A DNA stretch of 61,706 nt, the filler included. It is 5 parts of 5 records of this genome, joined end to end, with 100 filler letters (N's around TTAATTAATTAA, not from the genome) between each part and the next. Parts side by side here need not be neighbours in the genome. Positions count along the whole stretch, not along the records: positions 13,694 to 40,528 come from DRR723986_8368; 4 more parts are not named here. One strand, 5' to 3'. The translations under genes were made by a program, and so were the position numbers. The notes under the pieces were generated by a model. The model searched no databases. It had not been told where the DNA came from and saw only the letters and a program-made list of their open reading frames with translations. Position 1 is the stretch's first letter; each line of letters starts with the position of its first letter. This document shows positions 28,238-38,518 of the stretch, in pieces.

Positions 28238-29464
28238 ATGCAAGCAATCATCGTTGAGAAACCTTACCAATTCGTGCCACCACACCGTGGGGATTGGATA
28301 CCATCTGCGATCCAAGCGACTCGCCTGATTGACATATATCTAAGGCGATTTGAAGGTATCGAGTCCTATGAAGTACGCGGTCGTGAATTGCTTCAACAAT
28401 CGCTGAGCGCAGAACACGGCATTCTTCTAGCACCGAACCACTGCAGGTACGCTGACCCGATTGCGATGGGTTGGCTGGCCCGCGAGGCTGGCACGCACGT
28501 CTATGCGATGGCAAGTTGGCACCTGTTCAATGCAAACTGGCTGCAGTCATTTGCGATCAGAATGTGTGGTGGCTTCAGCGTTTATCGCGAGGGCATGGAC
28601 CGTAAGTCGCTCGATACGGCCGTTGATGCGTTGGTTAGCGGCGAGCGGCCCCTGGTTGTTTTTCCCGAGGGGACTGTGCATCGGTCCAACGACGTCGTGC
28701 AGCCGCTGCTGGACGGCGTATCCTTCATCGCCCGAACAGCAGCTCGGAAACGAAGCAAAGCAGGCAATGGAAAAGTCGTCGTCCACCCAATCGCAATCAA
28801 ATACTTGCTTCGGGGCGACGTAACTGAGGTAGCCGAGCCGACCTTGAAGTTGCTCGAAGACCGCTTCTTAACTCGGAAGAACTATCGCCCGGAGAGTCTC
28901 CTTGTGCGGCTGAATCGCCTCAATGAAGCAGTCCTCTGCCTGCGCGAAACCAATTGCCTTGGCGGCCCAGGGCAAGGTGACGAAGAACAACGACGCAGGA
29001 ATCTAGTCGAGGCATTATTGCAGCCGCATGAGCGCCGATGGCTCACCGAAGCACAGAACGACCAAGCGAATCAGGGCTCAGTCATTCAACGCATCAAGCA
29101 ACTGCGAATAGAGTTGGTCCCCAAGTTACTGGGACTGTCCAAGAGAGACGAAGAGTATCGAGAGATCTGGGATTCGCTTGACGAAATATACATCGCCCAG
29201 CAAATCGGACTGTACCCAGTTGACTACCTGGACAATCCGACAGATACACGTGCCCTTGAAACGGTCGAACGTATTTACGAAGACATCACCGACAAGAACG
29301 CAGTGCACGGCAAACTGCACTGTGTCATCGAGGTCGGCGAAGCGATTGAGGTTGCTCCAACTCGTGCCGCTCGTGGTCAAGCCGACCCGCTTACCTCAGA
29401 GATCCACGGAGCTCTAAGTGCCATGCTAGAGAAGCTCAGTGGCGAAGCCAGACCGCTTGAATAG
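28238..29464 (+). CDS. PlsC-family phospholipid/glycerol acyltransferase
   Basis: NHCRYAD (HX4D) and VFPEG. Confidence 0.88.
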   Translation: MQAIIVEKPYQFVPPHRGDWIPSAIQATRLIDIYLRRFEGIESYEVRGRELLQQSLSAEHGILLAPNHCRYADPIAMGWLAREAGTHVYAMASWHLFNANWLQSFAIRMCGGFSVYREGMDRKSLDTAVDALVSGERPLVVFPEGTVHRSNDVVQPLLDGVSFIARTAARKRSKAGNGKVVVHPIAIKYLLRGDVTEVAEPTLKLLEDRFLTRKNYRPESLLVRLNRLNEAVLCLRETNCLGGPGQGDEEQRRRNLVEALLQPHERRWLTEAQNDQANQGSVIQRIKQLRIELVPKLLGLSKRDEEYREIWDSLDEIYIAQQIGLYPVDYLDNPTDTRALETVERIYEDITDKNAVHGKLHCVIEVGEAIEVAPTRAARGQADPLTSEIHGALSAMLEKLSGEARPLE

Positions 29465-29519
29465 AGCGAAAATGCCTCGCCGTGGAAGAACGACCAGTCA
29501 TCAAGTCAATGAAAGACTG

Positions 29520-30359
29520 CTACGTCGCTGCAGCAAGCTCTTCACGTTCTGAAGTTTCTTCAGCGCCATCGGTGTCACTATGGGCAACCTCCGATGTGGG
29601 CTCCGATTGATCAGGTGCTTCAACTTGCTCAACAGACGCCTTGTCTTTCGGATTGGACGCGTCTTTGTTTTCTGAATCAGGTTTGCTCTGTGAGTCAACT
29701 GTCGGCTTGGACTCCGCCACTGCACTAGTGGCCTTTGCAGACACTTCTGGGGTTGCTTCGTTGTTCACCGATGCAGTTCCACTGTTGCCACTGTCGCTGG
29801 TAGGCGTCTTTGGAGTGGCCGCGAGCATTGGATTTTGCGTTTCCACTTTCCTGCGAACTTCTACCTTCTTTGCCTCACGTTGCGTTTTGGCTGCCAAGTC
29901 ATCGGCGGCCTTCTTAACGCTACCGGTGGCTTTCTCTGTTCGCAGCACTGCAAGTTCGGCTTCCATCTGCAGCATCTTTAGCTGCAGCCTGTTGATCGAT
30001 GGCGCAAGGTGCTGCCAATAGTCTCCGTCACGGAACGCAAGCGGACGACATGCATTGTTGCTCTCTAGGTCTCGCAAATGCCGGCTGAGTCGATAGATCG
30101 GGCCAGCGAATCGGTTGCTGAGTCGCACGATGTCGAAAACGATCAGTGGCAACAGAAGCAGACTGGGCAGCCAAGGCCAGTACGCCTCAAAGAGCGCAGC
30201 AAGATGCTCAGAAGCTGCCTTGTCAGGAGATTCGAAATACTGCATGCAGCAAGCACCGACGACGCAATACGTCAGCGCAATGCCAGTGTAAATGAGCACA
30301 CGCCCAATCAACGCGCCTTGCACGTCGGGGTCGATGTAAACAATTTGTCTAAGGGCCAA
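29520..30359 (-). CDS. Hypothetical membrane protein (2 TM, HAMP-like segment, low-complexity tail)
   Basis: IDPDVQGAL, SNRFAGPIYRL, FRDGDYW; S/E/K-rich C-terminus. Confidence 0.7.
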   Translation of the reverse strand: MALRQIVYIDPDVQGALIGRVLIYTGIALTYCVVGACCMQYFESPDKAASEHLAALFEAYWPWLPSLLLLPLIVFDIVRLSNRFAGPIYRLSRHLRDLESNNACRPLAFRDGDYWQHLAPSINRLQLKMLQMEAELAVLRTEKATGSVKKAADDLAAKTQREAKKVEVRRKVETQNPMLAATPKTPTSDSGNSGTASVNNEATPEVSAKATSAVAESKPTVDSQSKPDSENKDASNPKDKASVEQVEAPDQSEPTSEVAHSDTDGAEETSEREELAAAT

Positions 30360-30377
30360 GGGAAAACGCCTTTCATC

Positions 30378-30566
30378 TTAAGGATTCAAAGCACCTTCGA
30401 TGGCATTTGACGAGGCTTCAAAGCTGTCTCCGGTAGCGGTCGCTAACGAAAAGACCGCCGCCATGCAGGACCCAACAATCAATGCAAGAATCACGGCGTA
30501 TTCAACTGCCGTAGGCCCATCTTCATCTCGGATGAGCCGCTTTAAAGCACTCTTGAACATATTCAT
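30378..30566 (-). CDS. Flp/Fap type IVb pilin
   Basis: RDEDG/PTAVEYAVILALI Flp motif; SD AGGAG. Confidence 0.9.
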   Translation of the reverse strand: MNMFKSALKRLIRDEDGPTAVEYAVILALIVGSCMAAVFSLATATGDSFEASSNAIEGALNP

Positions 30567-30989
30567 AGTGTCAGGGACTCCTAGTGCGAACCGCATGTTG
30601 CGTCGCTCTTGCGGCGATCTTTCATTGAAACCCTAGCTCTGAGAATGAGGTGCGTAAATTTAAGCCCCATGAATTGCTGACTTGGATCAATTTAGCGCTC
30701 GCAGAACATTTACGACCTCTACAATCCGACTACCGGCACACTGGGATCGACTCCGAAGCGAGAAAAGCGTCGCGGGGGTGCGACAGAGAACTTCGAGCCC
30801 AAATGCGTCGTAGTTCAATGCGACAGGCCGTACCCGGTAAAAGTGCTGCTGTTCTAGAATCGAAGCTGTGGGGTGTCGCTGGCCTCCAAACTCCTCGCCC
30901 TAGGAACTCCCTTCCCGAGGGAGTAAACTCGATTTCCTTAAGATCACCTTCAGTCCGCCACGTTCTTCACCAACCCAACTGAATTCTCA

Positions 30990-32783
30990 ATGCTTGGTCC
31001 GATTCTGGCCCGCGAATGGCTTGTTGCTCCGCGAAAACCGCGTTTTTATGCCCAGCGGGTCATTTTCGTACTAGCGCTGTTCAGTCTCGTTTGCACTGCC
31101 TGGGCACTCATGGCCGGCATCCAGCAAGTTCGCAACCTGGGAGACCTCTCTCGCTTCGGCGCGCTGGTTTTTCAGATCGTTGTGCCGCTTGAATTGATCG
31201 TGACCATGTTCTTGGCCGCCGTCACCGCTGCCAGCAGCGTTTCTCAAGAGAAGGACAAACGCACACTTATCCTTCTCCTCCTGACGAGAATGACAAGCAG
31301 CCAGATCGTCCTGGGCAAACTGGTCTCGTGTCTGATTGGTGTCACCAATCTGATACTCGCCGCCCTGCCCTTGTTGTTGCTGCTGTCGATACTTGGCGGC
31401 GTCACGGCCACACAAGTCTACCTGGCCACAGCAATCATTTTCGTCACTTCGTGTTGGACTGGAGCGTTGGCAAATGTCGTCGCGTTCTGGCGTGAGAAGA
31501 CATTCCAAACGTTGGCGGTAACACTCCTGGCCATCGTAAGCTGGCTGGTCTTCTGCGAGATCATCGCCGCCGGGGCTATTTCGGTCGTCGATCCCCGATG
31601 GGCCGATGTGCTCAGCCCAGTAAGAGCCCTTTGGGTCGTTTGCCAACCAATTCCAGCCGAGTCGTGGTTGCCTACGCCGGGCGGCCTTCCTGTAGCGCAT
31701 TGTTTGCTTGGAATTGGATTCACCATATTGTTTGCCGCAACCGCGATCACAAGATTGCGAGTTTGGAACCCATCGCGTCAGTTGAGAGCCCAAACGGCCG
31801 ACGAGGCCGAAAGTAGCGAAACAGCCGGTGAGGCCAGCAGCGGCGAAGATACCACCAAGAGCTGGAAAGTTCGCGCTCCGCGGCCAATGTGGAGCAATCC
31901 GATTCTGTGGCGCGAAGTGCGGACTTGGGCCTACGGACGAAAACTGCTCATTATTCGACTCGCCTACGTTGCATTGTTTGCGTTGGCCGTCGGTGGTACC
32001 TATTGGTCGATCGCAACTGGTGCTGCCTTGCAACGCAGCCGACTTGCCGATGAGCTCATCCCAGTAACGGCACAGATCCTTGTTCCGTTCGTGTGCGTCT
32101 CATTAGTCATGATCAACGCACTTGCCGTCAACTCTGTAACCAACGAACGCGATGGACAAGCGCTCGATCTGCTACTGGCCACGCAAATCACTCCGACGCA
32201 ATTCTTAGTTGGAAAGCTGGTCGGCGTGTTGTATGTCACCAAAGAGATGGTAATCCTGCCCATCGCGCTGACCGTCTATCTGTGGAGCCAAGGAGGTCTG
32301 ACCACGGAAAACCTGGTGTTCATCATCGGTGGTGCGATCGTCATGGACCTGTTTTCGGCCATGCTCGGCATTCATTGCGGAATGATCTACTCTCAATCGA
32401 AGACTGCAATTGGAACCAGCCTAGGAACGCTGTTCTTCTTGTTCCTTGGTATTGCAACTTGCATGATGATCATGATGAGCTTCCGTGGCTCCTTTGCACG
32501 ACAACTGCCACCGTTCTTGGCAATCATTCTTGGCGGAGGCACTGGGTTGTACGTCGCGATGGGTAGTAGAAACCCTTCTCCTGCCATTGCTCTGGCAGCA
32601 TTCGGCCTTCCGTTCTTGACCTTTTTTGCCATCACAAGCTTTATTCTTCGGAACCAGGAACTGACGGTCTTCTCTGTCATCGTTGCCGCCTACGGGTTTG
32701 CAACCACGGCCATGATCGTCCCTGCGCTCAGCGAGTTTGATTTTGCAATGGGTAAGTCTCGATCGTCTGACGACGAAGGTTAG
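30990..32783 (+). CDS. ABC-2 type permease with duplicated permease domains
   Basis: SQEKDKRTLILLLLT..IVLGK repeated as TNERDGQALDLLLAT..FLVGK. Confidence 0.85.
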   Translation: MLGPILAREWLVAPRKPRFYAQRVIFVLALFSLVCTAWALMAGIQQVRNLGDLSRFGALVFQIVVPLELIVTMFLAAVTAASSVSQEKDKRTLILLLLTRMTSSQIVLGKLVSCLIGVTNLILAALPLLLLLSILGGVTATQVYLATAIIFVTSCWTGALANVVAFWREKTFQTLAVTLLAIVSWLVFCEIIAAGAISVVDPRWADVLSPVRALWVVCQPIPAESWLPTPGGLPVAHCLLGIGFTILFAATAITRLRVWNPSRQLRAQTADEAESSETAGEASSGEDTTKSWKVRAPRPMWSNPILWREVRTWAYGRKLLIIRLAYVALFALAVGGTYWSIATGAALQRSRLADELIPVTAQILVPFVCVSLVMINALAVNSVTNERDGQALDLLLATQITPTQFLVGKLVGVLYVTKEMVILPIALTVYLWSQGGLTTENLVFIIGGAIVMDLFSAMLGIHCGMIYSQSKTAIGTSLGTLFFLFLGIATCMMIMMSFRGSFARQLPPFLAIILGGGTGLYVAMGSRNPSPAIALAAFGLPFLTFFAITSFILRNQELTVFSVIVAAYGFATTAMIVPALSEFDFAMGKSRSSDDEG

Positions 32784-32789
32784 TCATCC

Positions 32790-34079
32790 ATGCCAGACGT
32801 GGGCTTAGCCGACGAATCCATCCAAGTTCTGTGGAAGTACATTCCGGGCTTCGCCTGTCTGTTGGTCGCAAGTGGATTCTTCTCGGGCAGCGAAGCTGCG
32901 TATTTTTCGCTCAGCCCTGCGCAGCGAAGGCAGATTACCGATGCAAACCCCGACCGCGCAAGTTGGGCTGCCAGGCTCTTGGCCGAACCTGACCGGCTAC
33001 TGATGGGCATCCTGTTTTGGAACCTGGCCATCAACATCGCCTACTTCTCGCTCGTGTCACAGGCCTCAATTGCGGTCGGCGCTGGCTCAAGCGTTGCAGC
33101 AGCCCTGACGCTCACATCACTGGTGGTCATTATCGTTGTCGGAGAGTTTCTCCCCAAGAGCATCGCTGTGATGTACCCGACGGTAATCGTCGCTCTGGTC
33201 GCAGTGCCGCTAAGTATCGCGATTCGCATCCTGGCACCAGTGCTGCCGGTCATCAACGTCGTCAACGAGGCTTCGCGTCGCATCCTGTGGCCTGGCCTTG
33301 CCCCCGAGCCCTATTTGGAGCTGGCGGATCTCGATCGAGCAGTTGAGCTAAGCACTGACGACTCTCAACTCTTTGAACATGAACGTGCAGTTCTGCGCAA
33401 CATCATACAACTGAGTGAGATTCGTGTCGAAGAATGGATGCGCCCACGGACGCAGTTTCGCACTTTCACACCGCCGGTCAATATCGACTCGCTCGGTGGC
33501 CAGCGGACGCCCAGCGGTTACGTGCTAATCACAGACGCAAACGGGCATGAACCCGTCAGCGCCGTCGACCTATCGCGGCTCGGCGCTAGCCTCCAACCGG
33601 ATCTCAAACTCCTCAGCGAGCCCGTGGAAGTAGTCCCGTGGTGTGCGACAATTGCGGCAGCACTGGACAAACTCAACCAGTCAAGCCGAAGAGTTGCCGT
33701 GGTCGTCAATGAGTTTGGCGAGACAATCGGCATCATCACCTGGGACGACATACTGGAAGCCATCCTCCAGGTCCAAGAAAGTGTTTCCAAACGCGATCTC
33801 GCAAAAGCCGAGGTCAAGGATCTGGGCGATGGGATTTGGCAAGCAACCGGGATGACCAAATTGCGACGTCTAGAGCGTGTGATAGGACGCAGAATTGACG
33901 CATCAGGAAGCCTGACCGTCGGCGGCGTCATTCAAGAAGACCTGAGGCGATTGCCTGAAATTGGGGACGTTTGCTTGCTCGACGGACTGCGATTGGAGAT
34001 CGTGCAAACTGCCGCACGCGGCGAATTGCTTGTCCAGATCACTGCCACCGACGAAGACGCCGCGGAGGATGTGCAGTGA
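32790..34079 (+). CDS. CNNM/CorB (DUF21-CBS-CorC) family protein
   Basis: SGFFSGSEAAYFSL, GEFLPKSIA, VVNEFGETIGIIT. Confidence 0.9.
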   Translation: MPDVGLADESIQVLWKYIPGFACLLVASGFFSGSEAAYFSLSPAQRRQITDANPDRASWAARLLAEPDRLLMGILFWNLAINIAYFSLVSQASIAVGAGSSVAAALTLTSLVVIIVVGEFLPKSIAVMYPTVIVALVAVPLSIAIRILAPVLPVINVVNEASRRILWPGLAPEPYLELADLDRAVELSTDDSQLFEHERAVLRNIIQLSEIRVEEWMRPRTQFRTFTPPVNIDSLGGQRTPSGYVLITDANGHEPVSAVDLSRLGASLQPDLKLLSEPVEVVPWCATIAAALDKLNQSSRRVAVVVNEFGETIGIITWDDILEAILQVQESVSKRDLAKAEVKDLGDGIWQATGMTKLRRLERVIGRRIDASGSLTVGGVIQEDLRRLPEIGDVCLLDGLRLEIVQTAARGELLVQITATDEDAAEDVQ

Positions 34080-35047
34080 TTTGGATCGCCTCCGCCATCA
34101 CCATCGCTGGAATCTTACTGAGTGCATTCTTCAGTGGCAGTGAAACTGGCTTCTACCGAGTCACTCGCGTCCGCTTGGCAATTGACGCCAAAGGTGGTCG
34201 CCCTATTGCTCGAGCCCTGCACTGGTTGATCAGTCGCCCGTCGCTGGTCGTTGCCACTGTATTGATCGGCAACAACATCGCCAATTACCTGGTGTCGTTG
34301 GGACTTGTTCTCGTCGGCCAAAACTTGCTGTCGCAACAAACACAGCTTGAATCGTTGCTGCCAGTGCTGATGACCCCCGTTTTATTCGTCTACGGCGAAC
34401 TCTTACCCAAGTATCTCTTCTACCGCGTTCCGTACAAGCTCATTCGTCTGGGAGCCCCCTTTATGCTCCTGTGCACGATTTTGTTTATCCCCGTTTCGAT
34501 GCTGGTTTTGATCCTCGAAACAATCTGGAAACGGATCACGGGAACCGACGCCACCAACCCAGCCGCATCACTTGGGCGGCAAGAACTTCAACGCTACTTG
34601 GCAGAAGGGCAAGAGGCTGGCGTCTTGCTACCCATTCAGCGTGAACTCGCGCAGAACCTGTTTACGTATGGCGCTCGCCCAATTCGGCAGTTTGTCCGCC
34701 CTATTCGAGCGATACCAACCGTGGATGGACCTGCTGTTAGAGAAGAGATCCTTAGCCTAGCAAATCAGAGGCGACAAAACATCGTTGGCGTTTTGCCGAA
34801 GGGAGAGAAACAGCTTACTAGCTATTACAGCACCGCCAACGTGGCCCTTGCCCAGACGGGAGAAGTTGTTCAACCTGAGGCGTTGATGCAAGCAACCGCC
34901 GATGAGGCAAGCGTCCAAGTTCTGTCACGCATGCACAGCCAACACCAGAACATCGTCCAAGTTTCTGATAGCAATCAGCGCGTTCTGGGCGTCATCACAA
35001 AACAACGCTTGATGGCCCTACTAGTCGGTGAGCAGGCAGTTCGCTAG
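34076..35047 (+). CDS. Second CNNM/DUF21 family protein
   Basis: GTGA overlap with the upstream stop; SAFFSGSETGFY, LIGNNIAN, YGELLPK. Confidence 0.88.
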   Translation: MIWIASAITIAGILLSAFFSGSETGFYRVTRVRLAIDAKGGRPIARALHWLISRPSLVVATVLIGNNIANYLVSLGLVLVGQNLLSQQTQLESLLPVLMTPVLFVYGELLPKYLFYRVPYKLIRLGAPFMLLCTILFIPVSMLVLILETIWKRITGTDATNPAASLGRQELQRYLAEGQEAGVLLPIQRELAQNLFTYGARPIRQFVRPIRAIPTVDGPAVREEILSLANQRRQNIVGVLPKGEKQLTSYYSTANVALAQTGEVVQPEALMQATADEASVQVLSRMHSQHQNIVQVSDSNQRVLGVITKQRLMALLVGEQAVR

Positions 35048-35132
35048 CAGCAGTTTACTAGCCGTAATCCTCAGCCAGGTTGCGGTGCCCGTCGTGCAAA
35101 TCATCTAAGATCTTGCAACGCTAAGAGCGCTG

Positions 35133-35420
35133 CTACTTGTGATATCCCAACGACTGGATGACGTTGTACATCTCTTCAAACGTGATGTACCGCCTGCGAT
35201 TGTTGAGCTTGTACTGGTCGATTGCAATCGCAAGCTCCCGAGCCTCTTCGCTCAATTCGCGATGTGAATTCCCAAACTGTCGCCGTTCAGGGCCATTGTG
35301 TCCAGCGCCCCGATCAGATCCACCTCGACGCCGATCAACGAAACCTTCGGCTGACGGATTGTTAGTCGATTGGTTTTGAGTGTCCGTGCTCGGCTCTTGC
35401 ACTTCTGTAAGCGTTGACAT
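35133..35420 (-). CDS. Small hypothetical protein
   Basis: SD GAGG; DRR/ERRQF motifs and helical C-terminus AIDQYK..RRYITFEE..LGY. Confidence 0.75.
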   Translation of the reverse strand: MSTLTEVQEPSTDTQNQSTNNPSAEGFVDRRRGGSDRGAGHNGPERRQFGNSHRELSEEARELAIAIDQYKLNNRRRYITFEEMYNVIQSLGYHK

Positions 35421-35540
35421 TCATGCACCTCTTTGTTGGATCCAAGGTCGACCATAGATAGTCGGTTCCTCAGCCCAGTTTGGGCTAACGAACCAATCGA
35501 AGGTTACCTCGCAAATCAGGGAGCCGCAAAGATTTTCGTG

Positions 35541-36491
35541 CTATTTGTTCGGCGGTTGTGCCACTTCAGATGCCACCCGGCCATAGCCGACCAAAGCAGC
35601 CTTGGTCTCGTAGTCGCGGAATGCACTATCTAGACTTGTTTTGACGGCTTGAACCTGCGGATTGTAGGGATCATGCAGCATCGCACGGCCAATGCAGTGT
35701 CTGGCTGCCGCGAGATCACCAAACTGAATCTGCGACTTCGCAAGCTCTACCAGTAGTGCCGTCTCTGACTCGTCGGCCCACTTTGATGCTTCCTGAAAGC
35801 ACATCCGCGCCTCGCCGGGTTCGCCCAGATCGGCCAGGGCCTGTCCCTTCAGCAGCCATGCCTTGGCGGGAGCAGTTCGCTCGGGGATGTCCAACATACG
35901 CTTCAGCGTGTGCAAGGCTCGTTGTGATCGCCCTGTGGACTGGTAGATTTCGGCAAGGGCAAGCTGAATCTCGGGGTAGTCGCTCCGCTCATTGAGTGCG
36001 CGATGGTATGCCTCTTTCGCTTCATCGAATCGTCCGAGTTGATGAAGCACTTTCCCGCGCAGAGCCCATGCTTCGGAGTATTTCCGCTGAACATTTAGCG
36101 CTGCATCAGCCTGTTCCATCGCCTCCTCGTAACGCCCTTCGGCAAAGTGCATCTGGCCAAGACGCACTAGCAATTCTGGATTGTCACCGCTGATCTCGAC
36201 GGCCGTCGTCATGTGCTCAACAGCCTGCGCGTGCTCCGCCTGATTCCAAAGCACTTCAGCCATGCCCTTGTGAGCGCGTTCATCAGCATCGCTGTGGCGG
36301 AGCGCTTTCTGGAAGAGCAACTCGGCATCGTTGTACTTGTCTTGCTGAAGTTTGTCCGTGCCAAGCAGGGACAGGTGTCGAGCGGTTGCAAGCGCTTTCG
36401 TCTGCCGACCTCTGCGCAGCGACCTACAGCCACTTCCACTAGTGACGGCGACCAGCGCAATCAGTAGCAATCCTGTACAGTGCTGAGGCAT
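35541..36491 (-). CDS. TPR-repeat (lipo)protein
   Basis: Possible lipobox GSGC after a hydrophobic leader; many TPR repeats. Confidence 0.85.
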   Translation of the reverse strand: MPQHCTGLLLIALVAVTSGSGCRSLRRGRQTKALATARHLSLLGTDKLQQDKYNDAELLFQKALRHSDADERAHKGMAEVLWNQAEHAQAVEHMTTAVEISGDNPELLVRLGQMHFAEGRYEEAMEQADAALNVQRKYSEAWALRGKVLHQLGRFDEAKEAYHRALNERSDYPEIQLALAEIYQSTGRSQRALHTLKRMLDIPERTAPAKAWLLKGQALADLGEPGEARMCFQEASKWADESETALLVELAKSQIQFGDLAAARHCIGRAMLHDPYNPQVQAVKTSLDSAFRDYETKAALVGYGRVASEVAQPPNK

Positions 36492-36736
36492 AGGCCTTAG
36501 ATCAAAAACCCACAAACGAAACTTCACCAGGTGTTCGTAGCAGATTGCCCACTCCCAACGAAAGACATATACGCCCTTGCTAGCACCCGAAAGTTGGGGG
36601 ACCAATGCAGGTGCTCCTTGGGCGGCCTATTTGCTGGCAAAGATGGGCTGATTGGTAGCACAGCAGGGCAAACGCAGTAAAATTCGCACGATACGGTCCA
36701 CCGAGCACAACGATACTCAAGCGATAGGTTTTTGCG

Positions 36737-37159
36737 ATGCCACAGCACTACGATGGACTCGGGCTTCGGTTCTTGTATCCCGACAACTGGAAAGTTGACG
36801 ACGAGACCGAAAGCTCAGTTACAGTGGAGAGCCCTGGCGGAGCGTTCATGTCCGTCAGCCGCTTTCCTCTCGGTGTCACCGCCGAAGAGCTCCTAGCAGA
36901 AGCGACAGCGGCCATGGCGGACGAATACGAGATTAGCGAAACGGAGATGGGAAAAGTCGAGATCACGGGCCGCGAACTACCGACTCAGTCCCTTCGTTTC
37001 ACTTACCTGGACTTCGAAATTACGACGAATCTCTATGTGCTGACAACCGACACGTGGAGCTTTCTGATCGAAACCCAAGGCGAAGACCGAGAGATGGACG
37101 AACTCGCGACGGTCTTCTTAGCGATGAAAACCTCGCTTTGCCAGTCGCTAGCCGCTTAG
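36737..37159 (+). CDS. Hypothetical protein (PsbP/DcrB-like fold possible)
   Basis: GLRFLYPDNW motif; acidic, 140 aa. Confidence 0.65.
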   Translation: MPQHYDGLGLRFLYPDNWKVDDETESSVTVESPGGAFMSVSRFPLGVTAEELLAEATAAMADEYEISETEMGKVEITGRELPTQSLRFTYLDFEITTNLYVLTTDTWSFLIETQGEDREMDELATVFLAMKTSLCQSLAA

Positions 37160-37190
37160 CCTTTCGGCAGTCTCGGATGACAAGATAGAA

Positions 37191-37637
37191 CTACTCACCC
37201 ACTGTCTTGATTTTAATTTTGGTCGGGCTCTTGGCTTCGAGCTTTGGAAGAACAACCGTTAGCACTCCGAGTGAGAAAGTCGCTTCGATGGCATCGACGT
37301 CAATCTCACCAGCGATGGCAACACTTCTGCGAAAAGTGCCCTCAAAACGCTCGCTCTTGAGTGATTCTGCATCCGTTCGCGTCGCGCTCTCGCGCTTGCC
37401 ACCGATTGTCAGCACGCCTTCCTGAAACTCCACAGACACGTCTTCAGGCTTCGTGCCGGGCAAATCTATGTCGACAATGAATTGCTTCGGTGATTCTGCC
37501 AGATCGACTGCTGGAGCGTAGCCTTCGTTACTACCGGTGCGGAGAACATTACCTACCGTGCGGCCGAGAAACGAATCGAACATTCGTTCCAAGTCCTGCG
37601 ACAAATCATCCAACGCACTTGCTGCTTTTCTACTCAT
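37191..37637 (-). CDS. Hsp20/alpha-crystallin small heat shock protein
   Basis: PAVDLAE, DLPG, ERFEGTFRRS, GVLTVVLPK; SD GAGG. Confidence 0.93.
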   Translation of the reverse strand: MSRKAASALDDLSQDLERMFDSFLGRTVGNVLRTGSNEGYAPAVDLAESPKQFIVDIDLPGTKPEDVSVEFQEGVLTIGGKRESATRTDAESLKSERFEGTFRRSVAIAGEIDVDAIEATFSLGVLTVVLPKLEAKSPTKIKIKTVGE

Positions 37638-37779
37638 CGAAACACCTCTTTCATCAAATCGATCGAACGGCACGCTTCGCCGCCAGCACGTTCCACTCAC
37701 CAGCCGTTTCTTTTTTCCACCCTGCCCTACTACTATTGGCACGCTGCGGCTGGATTCTAGGCGCGCGAGCTTGACCTGT

Positions 37780-38415
37780 TTATTCAAGACCGCGACTAGC
37801 TAGCAGCATTGCTAGGTAACTCCGCTGCTCAAGCTCCACTAAACCAAGCCGATTTGCTGTCTCGCGGACCGTCGCCTGAGCTTGCTCCAGCTCAGCTTCC
37901 GACTGAGCAATCATCTCAACTTCAGCATAAGTCCCAACGCCCTCAACTTCGTCGAACGTCACCAGCGGCTGGGCGGCGTCCGCGTGGCGAAACACCTTCC
38001 GCACCTTTTGTACCTGGGTAGCGACTTCAAAACCAAGCTTCTGAAATGTCTCGGACCACTTCTCAAAATCGCCGCTGACGATTGGCAATTCGATCTCCTG
38101 CCGTGTCTTCACATTGCCGCCCTTCTTGGGCCCCTTATAGGTCATCACCGCCTGGTCATCGATTCTGCGCAGGCGGAGTGCTTCGTCCGTCTCACGAAAA
38201 TTGCGACTCGGGTGCCGAAAGTACTCGTCGCAGTTCGTTTCCGTGTGCGACAGTTCATAACCCGCCGCCGCTAACATGACCAAGAACTCATCCTGATCAG
38301 CCACACGGTATTTTTGCTCAACTTCCCAGGCACTTGCCACAACTAGATTCCCTGCAACAGAGTGAGTAGATTGCTTCCCGGACGTCGGATTCTCAGCGAA
38401 GACTATCCAGGTCAA
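37780..38415 (-). CDS. cyaB: CYTH-family class IV adenylate cyclase-like protein
   Basis: EVEQK (ExExK), DEALRLR, TYKGP, DEVEGVGTYAEVE. True start probably about 25 codons downstream. Confidence 0.85.
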   Translation of the reverse strand: MTWIVFAENPTSGKQSTHSVAGNLVVASAWEVEQKYRVADQDEFLVMLAAAGYELSHTETNCDEYFRHPSRNFRETDEALRLRRIDDQAVMTYKGPKKGGNVKTRQEIELPIVSGDFEKWSETFQKLGFEVATQVQKVRKVFRHADAAQPLVTFDEVEGVGTYAEVEMIAQSEAELEQAQATVRETANRLGLVELEQRSYLAMLLASRGLE

Positions 38416-38518
38416 AATAATGTATCAAGCTATTCGGCACGCGCCGTAACCTCAAGCTAGCAGACTTCCCTTCCCTTGCCAGTGTCGTCAGCACCTGGAC
38501 CCACAGAAGACGTTCCCA

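Noticed and set aside
32790-35047. Tandem CNNM paralogues as a novelty
   Set aside because: Paired DUF21/CBS genes are common in several phyla.
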